DNA of 64,000 bases, from positions 324,158 to 388,157 of the forward strand of contig NMRA01000417.1 of NCBI GenBank assembly GCA_002633005.1. The letters are read 5' to 3'. Source of the DNA: Phoronis australis (Eukaryota > Animalia > Phoronida). The position numbers and the translations under genes were made by a program. The notes below the pieces were generated by a model. It was not told the DNA's origin and made no database searches. It worked only from the letters and a program-made list of their open reading frames with translations. This document shows, piece after piece, positions 51,336-63,100 of this stretch. The first letter of the stretch is position 1. Each line of letters opens with the position of its first letter.

Positions 51336-54300
51336 GGGGCTATTCGGAGAATTCTCCTCGCGGTGTCGCTGCTGTACTAGTGGTGATTAAATTGCGCATG
51401 CGTGGCTGTCTGCATGTAAACAACTGGTAAAAGATGGAATTTTTATCAAAATACGTCGTCGCGCTAAGCCTTATTACTGCTAATTTCCCTGGTGCAAGTC
51501 TTCGACAGGTGGCCACAAATTCCCAAAAGACCTAAGGTTACTATATTCGTGGACAACTGCGGTCAACAGGGTCAACTAACTGACAAAAAGTGTGTGGATG
51601 CTGAAGCCCCGTGTGTGCTCTATGTCTATGACTATGCAGTTCCATTCGGAGACTACACAACATTACTTGGTAAGTTTTTAGCAATCAGTTTCTATCAACA
51701 TCGTTCGGTGATGTTATCCCCACCAGTTACCCCACTGAATAACAGTTTTATTGAGTGGAACTAAGTGTTTCTTTTTGGAAACTCACCCGATGCCGGATAT
51801 GCTAGCAGCACTTATTCATATTGGCCTGGGTGGGACAGTGCTCCCAAAATAAGAGGTGTATGGTACGTGATGCACAGAAGTCAAGAGTGACTTTTTCACA
51901 GCAGTTTCTCTTCAAAACTATGCTGTTTCCAATAAAATTCTCTAGATGAGTGAGTTTCCTTATTTTATCGTGGACCCCACCCCCAGGACCACCAGCTCAG
52001 TTATCGAATTAACATGAATAAGCCTTAATTCAGTAAATGTCGTAACATTGCATTGGAAAAAAATTGACACCTAGATAAGAATGAATTTTACTTGTTGAGA
52101 TCAGAAGCACATTTTAAGTGTCATGAAAAATACACATTGTTAAATCACTTTTAGCCTGTTTCACATATTTTATGCAGTTATTAAATAAGACTTGGGTACA
52201 AAGGTTATTAGTTTCTACACATAAACATGAAGATGAAATGTCAAGTATGTTCTGCCTTACAAAAGTAGTTTTGTCTTGCCTTTTCTTTTACAATTTGCTA
52301 ATATTTCTATTCTGTTACAGGCAAGAAAAAACAACTGAAACCAACCGCCTGACCATCTATTTCACCGTTGGACAAAGTGAAAAGCAATCCTTCAGCAATA
52401 ACCTGAGAGAATTGAATGTAATTCAGTAATTCAGCACCTGATATGCCTGATTATGGACTCCCTCGCAATGTTTCTTTCTGTGCTTTTTCAGTTTGCCATT
52501 TGTTTTTAAATACACTGATAATTGTTTATTCTCGAATCTTGTGCATAGCAGCTAGCTACAATTGAAAACATACAATAAGACAATCGATGCAGTCACTGAA
52601 TGTCATTTCCCCATAATCTGTACCAAATTGAAAAGTTTTTACCAATAGTATAAAGCCTTTCTTCTGAAAGGAAAATTTAATGTCACTCAGCTTTTGGCTT
52701 TCATTTCACTGGGTTCTAGTTTCAATGGCCTATAGAAGCGCTTGTAAAAAAGGTCCAGTTTCAACACGTGGCTTTCTTTCATGTAACCTCATTCAGCCTC
52801 AATAACATCCACAATTAGACCCTTGAAGGTAAACACAGCAGTATATCACTTGAATCGTTTTGAGCCCAAAATCAGACTCTGAACTAGACCAGAGTGTGAC
52901 TAGGTCTTCTTTAGCTTCAGTCCCTCATGTTTCTTCCAGGAAAGGAAATAAACTATTGTCCACACATGACTCATTGCCTATGAAAGGGCATCCTCGCCAA
53001 CAAGGCTTATTTGTGTAGCAGTCAGATATAGTTCATCTGGATACACAGACACTTCACTGGCACATTGTCTTATGGTAACTTAGTACTGCGATTCACATTT
53101 CTCCAGGGCCACTGACTTGCACATTGTGCCAAGCAGCACTCCTATTGTGTGGAAGTGCTGTGGGAAGAGAACGGAGTAACAAAGCTTGTCTATGATACTG
53201 CTTGAAGTGGTCTTAAAATGTCACTGCACCTGGAACAAATATTGAAATATGAATAATTAAGTACTCCAGATTGGATCAAAAATGTTATCCCTGTTTTTCA
53301 AAAATATATGGTGATTGGTCTACAGTTTCACATAAAAGTAAATATTTACTATTTTCAGAAACTGAAGGTGCATATAATGAGTACTGCATAAAACTGTGTC
53401 TTAATTTTTTATCCCTAGCGATAACAATTCTTTAAACGCATCACTTGTCTGTAAAATATACAAGTTTTTTGAGACAACTTCAAATCTTTGTTACCCATTT
53501 TCAAGCCTTTTTAATTTTGATACTTTCAGCAATTTTAAACTCAGATTACAGGTTCATGGGTCTGTCGAGCATACTTCTAGCGTAAGGTTGAGGGAACCGT
53601 TTTTCTTCTAATAGAAGATATGAAGACTTGGGTCATTTAAAAATGATGGATAATCGTTCTTTTGTTTAAGAGTAATTACAAATCATAAGGCACCATCAAA
53701 AACGCAATTTTCACAAAAATGGCAGTCATTTGAATTTATAACGACTTGCAACATTTCAAGGCATGAGTTAAGACTATTCAGTCACAGTGAATTCGAAAAA
53801 TATTACAGTAATATATTTTCGTGGTTTTACAATTGATACAAGTAGCAAAACAGCATATCTCAGTCCTCTGCACGGTACAAGCCTTCAAACCTAAAAACCA
53901 AAGGTTACGTGAAAACTGACGTGATAGATTTCCATTTCAACGTGTAACAGATTGCCAGAAGACATATGATAGGGAGTAAACAAATAGTCTAATGCAATGG
54001 ATATTTATCACTCACGTACCCTTTACCATTGGGATTGGATTGTAGGCTTAACTCATTAACCTGTATCGAGTTGACAGCATAAACATTCAGCATTGATTGA
54101 TGTAACTATCACTGATAAACTTTTAGAAATCATTCCAAACAATAATAATGCTTTGATGTACGAAAGATCCCGATTGCTACGTCAAGTATCGTATCACATA
54201 TCACAAAATATAAAGATTAACCAGACTCTGGCTGGCGACTGACTGCCGCGAAGTCGACATCGGCGAGTGCCTCAGTTAACAGGCATCGGTAGAATAATCA

Positions 54301-54518
54301 TGGAATAATCGTAAAAATAATCACAAACCTTACCTTTGTATGAGGCCGTGTTTACTTCCTCTCATAGAAGCACCCTTTTTACGCAATCTCAGATTCTGTT
54401 GGCACGGCTGCAAGCCATTTCACCATGTATTTAAAGGGCTCGCGAAATCGAGGCTGTTAATCTATCACCACTAGTACACGCACGCCCTCTAGTTATTGTA
54501 GATTTTCCGAATAGCCCC
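51336..54518. mobile_element. ISL2EU-type (PIF/Harbinger-related) transposon fossil with THAP (+, ~51469-51670) and YqaJ exonuclease (-, ~52727-53230) remnants
   Basis: at|ggggctattcgg ... ccgaatagcccc|at, plus a subterminal gtactagtggtgat inverted pair. THAP: YC*FPWCKSSTGGHKFPKDLRLLYSWTTAVNR..RVCS. YqaJ-like: YPDELYLTATQISLV, LKLKKT*SHSGLVQS, VFTFKGLIVDVI, KLDLFYKRFYRP. The remnants are convergent. Confidence 0.7.
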
Positions 54519-56192
54519 ATTGCAGTGTCCGCTATTCGCGACTGGACTTTGACAGTCTGAGTAAAAGCTTCGGTTACATTTCAAAGTTCGAGACACATAT
54601 TACCTACACTAAAGCGGCTAGAAAATAAAATCGTGGTTCAATAAAAGAATTTATTACTCGTCAAATTCGTTCCCTAAGTCTTCCTAACTAACAAATCAAT
54701 ACTATCTGTCATTGCATATATACTGTCAACTGATCGACGTCTTCCACTGATGACATCACGTGTCGGAAAATCAAAAAATCATTAATTTTCTTTGAAATTC
54801 AAAATTCTTCAATTATTTCCCAAAAATAAGTGATTGTTTACTTAGATCTTGTGTTATGAATAAAATTATTGTACACGTTCTAAAAACCTCAAACGTGTAA
54901 AAATCCGTTGTAGGAACCCTTTAAACGGAATTAAAGCACCACCATCTTGTAGAAACGGTCAACATGGAGATGGCAACAGCCAGTATAGAAAATTATTGAC
55001 ACCTGAGTACAGACTTTTGGTGACTTTATCATTTTATAATCTGACCAAATTAAAATATAAATAGTACTATTGACCAAGGAAATTCGCTTTTCATTCATCC
55101 CGCCTCGACGCCAGATGTTTCTATTTGCGATCTGACCACATACCCTGACAAGGAATTGATGACAATACATCAAAGCAGGTACGGAGAGGCAATACATCGT
55201 CTGTGGACACCAAAGGTGTACCGGCGATGACCCTGAAATGAGAATGATCAAATGGCTCTATTTTTGATTCACTGTCAAAACCCCAGTTATATTCCTCTTT
55301 GTTTTGCTGAACTGAATATGCTAACTGTACATATAGGCCACCTGACCAAAAATGTGATCATGACAATACGAAAAACATGGGTGTCAGCTGACGATTTCGT
55401 AACATGTGCTCAAGTAAATAGTATAGTAATAGAATTGAATGGAAATTGGTTGTAAGAGTAAATCCAACTCAAAAACATGAAAAGGGACAAAGTTTATTGA
55501 CAGGTAAGTATAACTATGAAGTTGTTAAGGTTTAAGTATTTCAATATGTTATAACTCAAGAGTTGTCGCCATCTCCCGATGATATCCATCGGTTAGCAAA
55601 TAACCAGCGTGGCTACTAGCCCTACAAGCAGGGTATGTGCACCAACTAAGTAAGGATAAGTTAAAATCTGAAGAAATAAGTATATAATAAGTGCGATAAA
55701 ACAAATTTAGGCTGATCCTCTGGGCGCATCAGATGAAATGGACCGCGAGAGAGAAATATAGCTGTCTATTGGTTCATCTTATCTGATATAACACTCGGCA
55801 TATGTCCATATTTCTTTAAATGAAGTTCGCAAAATGCCATAGCGAACTTTCAAAATGTCCATTTTGAAATTTCAGTGAAAAGCGAAGATTGCCAATAGCT
55901 ATTGTGAAGCGCTTTGTATATTTACGAGGAACAAGGCGATTCCTGACTTATGGCACTCGTCTTCTTATTCATTACTGCAACGGATAATTATCTGCTCGCT
56001 CAGTGTTTTACCCTGTGGAAGGTTCTAACAGTTTCACTGTGTACAGTTTTGATCTTGATCATATTAGCATCATCGTCAATTCCGTTACTCGTATAGTGCC
56101 TTTTGGTGTGTCACATGGTCAACGGCACGGTTCAATGGTTATTATTAGGGGTTATTGACTCGAGCAAACTTGTGACGTGTTTATGAAATTAT

Positions 56193-56206
56193 GTCATCAT
56201 AGCAAC
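56193..56206. promoter_or_regulatory. RFX X-box-like site with adjacent CRE half-site
   Basis: GTCATCATAGCAAC resembles GTNNCCATGGNAAC; TGACG at 56173; about 225 bp upstream of the 5' UTR exon. Confidence 0.4.
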
Positions 56207-56429
56207 GATAATGAAATCGGCCCACATTGTAGAAGATATTCTGATCTGTCCAAGGAAGCATGCTAAGAACGATTTATCTATCCTGTTCAGAACAAAGTAA
56301 ATCAGTATAGGTCTTTGAGAATAAAACAAGCAGTGATACTCCGCGAATATCGACATTTTCGTGGTCAGGTGGATTCTAGTTGTTACATATTAATATATAC
56401 ATAACGATTGTTTTTTTTGATACTTGCAG

Positions 56430-56493
56430 ATTGGCTTGGTGAACTCGAACATTTGGCTGTGTTCAACAGGGGATCACAAAGTAGTGAAAAATG
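56430..56493 (+). other. Probable 5' UTR exon of the giant-ORF gene
   Basis: tttttttgatacttgcag acceptor and g|gtagga donor; joining it to the acceptor at 57080 creates an in-frame TGA, supporting ATG 57169 as the start. Confidence 0.5.
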
Positions 56494-57168
56494 GTAGGAC
56501 TTCTTAGAAGATATAGACTATTCTTGTTCGTATTTATTTCCACGAGCCCCTAGTGGAGTTGTAGGTGGCGCATCTGTGTGTGTTAAAACTTCACTGAAAT
56601 TGGGATTGCTTACATTTAACGATTGTTAAGTTATTTTCGTCTAACGAGGAAATAGATTATGTTAAAGAATATCATTAAACAATTCGCTCGAGCTAACATT
56701 TACCAAGTTTATTATTATGAGATTTTAGGAAACATGCTTGCTTTAGTGCCATAAAACAAGATATATTTCAGCATCAGTTGTAACTTCAAACGGCCAATTG
56801 ATGATATTTGCAATTTATTTAAGGCAACTGAGCGACATCTCCGTGTATGACTTGACGAGACAGGTGAAGTGGTATTTTCCGTGTTTCCGATGGATATGCC
56901 CATCTTTGTGGTACCTTTTCCAACCGTCAAAGGGTGGCGCAGGATTCTGGAGGTATTAATTGCTCATAAACAACTGGTATATTTTTCTGCAAGGAAGTGG
57001 AATGCACCCAATCGAGTTCAGAAATTGCCATTTGGTACGTTTTTTAATAATTACCTTTTCAACCAGGCATTTTATTTCAGAATATTTGTGCGTACGTTTG
57101 CCACTGCCTCTGGTCGTTACAACATTTGGTACACAGCTTTGACTGGACCCGCCGGCTCGCAGTCAGCC

Positions 57169-60100
57169 ATGACGTGGCTGATGAATGTGACACTGTGCTG
57201 GTGTGTCTTGTGTAACATCCTGCTCGTCTCAATAGTCCCCTTCATAATTCCTTGGGCAGATATCGGTGGGCAGCAGCTGGTCGACTTCTTCGGCTTCAAG
57301 TCATTGCGTCACATCACGCTGACCAGTCACCTGGAGATCAACACGGAGCTGGTACTCCTTGGTTGTATCTTCAACATGAGTGTTTTTGCCCTGAACCTCA
57401 TCTGGGAGATAATTATTCGCCATACGCGCCGCCCAACTGGACAGGTTTACTATGACATGCAAGAGTTTCAAATGTGCTGTGACAAGTGGAAGAAAGAGAA
57501 GGCTGCTAAACTTGCTGCAACGAAGGATCAAAGCTTGTCTTTAAAGCAACGAATGAAACAAATGGCCATCGCGTCAACGACATCATTGAAAAATCTTTCG
57601 AGCGGCATGAAACGTAAAAAGGATGCTATAGCTACATCTGCTATTGGTAAGGCTATGAAATCAGCTTCAAAGAAGCTTTCATCATTAAGTCCAAGCCCTA
57701 AACGAAAAGCGTACGAAGCTAAACAAGTGTTGTCAGCCTCAGTTTCAAAGGTCAAATCAACGCTTGGTAAAAGTCAGCCTACCGAAAGTTTCCAAAAACA
57801 AACCAGAGCTGTTGACCCTAGCCAGGCATTTCCAGCGAAGATGGCAGGCACCGCAAAAAATGCTGTGGATAGCGTGAGGGGTATGTTCTATTGTGGTAAA
57901 CCCCAAAGCATCGTCCAGCAAACCACAAAAACAGCCCAAGCAGTACGCCGGGTATTTCAGAAACTCAAAGATTGCCTTATTCCCAAAAGGTCTGGTGGGG
58001 CAAAGCAAACACAACATCTTGCGGCAATGGAATCAGTGAAGGTTGCCCCGAAAGCTGTTCCTGACGTGATGGAGCGGAAGCTTGATCAATGGTACGAGTC
58101 AAAATTTGCGACACCTGGACTTAGATCAGAAACTCTTATTGAGGTCAAAGATAAGGAACCAGCATCAGATGGCTTAAAGTCAAAAGCCTTGCATCACGAC
58201 CCAAGGCAGCCTTTAATCCCGTTTGTGTTTCCATCCAAAACTGAAAAAAAGAAAACAAAAGGATCACGACTTAAGTTGTCGGTCAGTCTTATGAAGCTGG
58301 TCTTGCGTGACGACCAGTTAAAGCGTCTGTTTTCCGAAATCGGGGAAGAGACGGATCGCTTTGAGAAAAAATCAGACAAACACTACGAATGGGAATTTTA
58401 TAGAAAACGGAGTGGCAAAAAGTCGAAAAAGGGTTTGCATCCACTTCAGATGGCGAGCAGCATGCAAGCATTAGTTGAACATGACAGGAAAATGAAGGGG
58501 GCGTTGGACAAAATATCGCATTATGCTGAACAGAGAGAGGAGAAGCTGTCTAAACAGGATGCCTCGTTTTGGCACTTAAGACGAAGAAGTGCTACAAAGC
58601 ACAATATTGAGGAAGATAAAAAGCTCATGGTATCTTTTTTAAAGAGTATCAGTAAACGAGAAGATAATGAAATGGTGCCAATTACTGGAGTAAGTGCAGG
58701 TGAAACTGTCGCTTCTAAAAAAGACATCTCTCTCCCTGAAACAAAAAATGCGATATCTGAAAAGACGTTGGCAAAGACCGAATCAAAGAAAAGCGTGAAA
58801 TCGTCTCCCGAAAAAAATATACCAAAATCCCTAACTAAAATTGCGTCAGGTGAAAGGGTTTCAAAAAACAAAGATAAGTCCGGTAGTGATGAGTCTAAAA
58901 AAAGTAAAAAGGGCAAAGCAAACAAAAAAGACAAGAACAAAAATGAAGAAGATAAAAGTAACGATAAGAAAAAAGTAAAAAAATTAAGTAGTGTTAAGAA
59001 AGCAAAAAAGGATAATGAGAAAATTACAGATAAAACTTCAAGCAGTGGTATTTCGAAAAAAAACATAGGCAAAAGTAAAAGCAAAGAAAATGAAATAGAT
59101 AAAGCATCAGTCGGTGGTAAGAAAGACAAAAAGGTGAAAGATAAAAAGGGTAAAAAAGATAAAAGCGTCGTTGCCAAGAAGGGCAGTGCAAAAGGCAAGA
59201 AAGACAACAAAAAGGATAAGAAGAAAGACAAGAATAAATCAGCAAATGCATCAAATAAAAACTTTAATAATCCGCCAAGTGAATTGGAAGCAAACCTTTC
59301 AGCTGCCATGCAGGACAATAACTATGGAATATTTCCAACCAAACATACTCATTACAGCAAAAACATTCCGAATGTGCCCTCTACTGAACATGCCTTAGAG
59401 AACTCTGAACTTGGATCTCCGCATAAACCTAATTTAGATAACACTCATTGTCACGAAAATGGTGGTTCACTTTTGTCACCGCACATAATATCCCATTCAA
59501 GAGCGAAACTCACCCATGTCAACGACCTAGGGCTTGATCAAGAAGAACCTGGTATGAAAGAAGGCAATACTAAGCGTAATGATCCGGTGATCAAAAGAAT
59601 AAGAAAGTCTAAAGCGAAAAGTGACAACGATGACAGCGAAAAAAAGAAAACAGATGTAAGAAGCATACAAGAACATTCTAGTCATTCAAAGAAACTAAAA
59701 CCAATTAATAGAATTAAAATACAAAAGAAAAAACGCTTGTCTAAATGGAATCAGGAATCGTCTGAGAATCAGAGAGAACTAACCAGACATAAAGACAAAC
59801 AGGCTCGGGAAGTCGAAATGAATGCATCTGAGCAACACTACGTAACTGATGACAAACTGTCATTAAATCAAGCCGCGAGGGTAGATGACCTCACAAAACG
59901 TAGAAATTCCCAAATTCTTACGGATAATTTTGAAATACAAATGAAGCTCCTTGAGAACGTCCACGAATCAAAGGATGAAGTGAAACGCCACCACCATAGC
60001 CATAAACCAAAAAAGCACAAATCAAGGAGGAAACCTGGGTCCAAGAACATCGTATCGCCCAACAAAAATTATAATAGCTCGCGCCACCCGTCAAAAGATG

Positions 60101-63100
60101 CAGGGTCTACGGGCGGTTCAACGTTTGGAGATGGCAACGACGCTGAAATTTCAAAAGACAAAACATTCGATTTCACATACTTTGACATAAAGGCCTACTT
60201 TGAAGCGATAGGTGTGGAAGCCAGAGCCATAAGGCTTCCTCGTTATGTAAACGCCCTCACAGTTGATGATTTAAGTATAAAAAACGCTGTAAACAAAGAA
60301 TTTATTGATAATCTTATGTCAATTGATCACGATGTACAAAGAAGTGTACAGAAAGCAATAGAAGAATATAACGGCAAGAAGAAGACAACCTTATCCACTT
60401 GTACAGGTTTAGTTGTTGAAAAAATGAAGTCTGGTCGGAAATCAGGGCTCAAGGAACAAACAAGGAAGATTGCTGAGGACAAAAGTTTGAAAAAGTCTTC
60501 AAGTGATAAAATCAAGCAAACATGCTCGTGTTGCCCGTTTGTGAAGAGAAATGATGGTGCTAAAGAAGACCATGCAAGCAAGGTCCATGATCGTAAGATA
60601 GATTATAAGGAAACGAAGTTAGAAAATATAAACAAGGAAACAGGAGACGCTAAAGAGTGGGATAGCAAAGAGTTACCACAGCATAAAAAGACAACATTGT
60701 CGGAAATAGATGACACGCACAAGAAAACAAGGGCTTCAAAGCAACAGATGAATCATGAATCTTACACGCGCATTGGTCAGGTAAAAAACTTGGAGAGTAA
60801 GGACGAGCCAACAAATCAATGTTACATTAACACTGCTGGGAATGCAAATGCAGCTGAAAAGGTCAGCGTAAATGCAAACAACGATCCAGATGATTCTCAC
60901 AAAGAAAGCAGCTCTTCCTCAGAGAAGAGTCTTACGGATTATGATGATGCGGTTCCTAAAAAGAAGAAACAAAAAACCATCAAGAAAAAAATAGGAAGTA
61001 TGATTGACTCGCTTAAACGGAGGTTATCAAAAGGCAGTCGGAGAAAGTCGTCTTTCGATCAGACACCCATACAAGTAGAGAGAGGCTTAGATAAAGCGAA
61101 GATTCCTAGCAAGCACCCACGGAAAGGAAGCAAAGATAAACATAAAGACAATATAGGTCGTTCTCTTAAAGACCCAAGAAACAAGAAGATATCTCTCATT
61201 GTGCAGCCAAGTGAATCATTTCGTGGCTACGTCACAGACGAAGTCAAACTTCGATTTCAAGAATTTTCAGTGGAACTCTCTCGAAGATTACTGGTTCTTC
61301 AGGATGACCAGCTGCAAGGTCGACGATATCTTCGACAAGGAATAGGCGAACCGTTGCCACAAAGGACGTCAGGCAGGAAATCGGGCCAGAGCAGCAAAGA
61401 CACAACATATCTAGCCAATCTTCACAAAGCTACCGATGTTTCAAAGGTTACACTGCAATCGTGCGAAACTCAAGAAAATACCTTTGCGACGATACTGCCA
61501 ACTGGAATAGACTCGCGGAAGGAGACCAAACAAAAACGCAGTGAACAACAAACAGAAGCTTTAACAATTGAAATAAGGCGACAAGTAGATCAATCGAAAA
61601 AAAAATTGCTGGACCCCTTACTACTCCCGGACTATCTACCTCGGACACCACGGTCGTCTAAGATGGAACCCAACCTAGATACGTGTCTTCAAAATGAAAC
61701 CAGTGACGGTAATGAAAAGAATCTTAAACGGCATCTCCTTGAGAATAACGCAGACAATGAAAATTTTGGAGAAAAAAGAAATGGTGAAATAAAAATGAAA
61801 ACTGAAGATATGACCAATCAGTCACTAGAGCAAAATGTAAATGCCGACACAGTGGGGGGTGTTGAATTGTCTAAGAATGAAAACGCAAGGGACTTTTCTG
61901 GGTACAATTTAGAAGAACCAACGCTAATGGAAAAGGTAAGCGATATAATGCAGATTAGCCTCGATTCTCTCTCTAAAATGATGCTCCAACAAAACGCAAA
62001 CTCAACAGGAACATCTAAAAAACAAGATCGGAATGAATCACACGAAGACCTGTTGGAAAATGCCCGTGCAATTATCGCCTTGTCTGTGTGCAAAATTGCA
62101 GAGGAGTTGTCAAAAATGAACGATTCTGGTGAGTTGAAAGAGATGATAAAGGATTCGTGCATAAAGGTCCGCGTTTCACAAAACGCTCTTCTTGTCGAAG
62201 ACGTTGCAAAGGCTAAAGCTTCTGGCAATCTAAGTCGACATGACTACAGTTCTGTTCAGTTCGAACAAGTGAAAGACATGGTTTCGAAAACAGTATCAGG
62301 CGTTGCACTAGCCATGAATGTTCGAAAAGAATCAGTCCCTGTGAAATATCCAATAAGTCAAGAGGTGTGTGATGTTTTGGATCTTACAACTCAAGATCTT
62401 GTTTCTCTAATGCTTTTGACAATTTCTAACACGATCGCTAACGAAGCAGGCACTAAGGGACTCTATGGCACCATCACATACGACGATACTCGAGAACCTA
62501 TGTCGAGATATATGAGAGCCGCAGTAGGGCTTGCAAAGTATTCTCTACAGAAAATAGAAGATTCCATGCCTCAAAACATTATCCCTGATAAAAATAAACA
62601 GCAAGTGTATATACCTTTTGACGAAAAGAATGAAGTGTATAAAGTTCTCAAAAGCCTTACAAGCAACGTCGCACAGAATTTCTGCTCCAAACCAAAAAAC
62701 CAAATTATGTCGAAAAGCGACACAAAATTATCAAAAGAAGTAACTCAAGAAATTGACCTAGCAGCAAAAGACATGGTGACTGTGATGCTTCTACAAACAT
62801 CAGGGGTCCTGTCAAGGATGGAACGTTCTGGAGAGCTACAAGTGGCAGTTGCGCAAAGTATGAAGAGTGCTGATAAGCTGAATAAGTTATCAGACCCATC
62901 TCATTTAGGAAAGGTTCTTGGAGTAGCTCAATCGTCTCTCGGAAAAATCGATGGCGATCTCACGTCCGGAATGACCATTCGCGTCTCAAAAGAGTTGGCA
63001 GATGAGCACAGTGTTGAACAATTGAGACGGAAGCTCGCTAAGCATATCGTAGACTCTGTAATGACCCAAGCAACCAGCAGTTTGTCGATGACTATACAAG

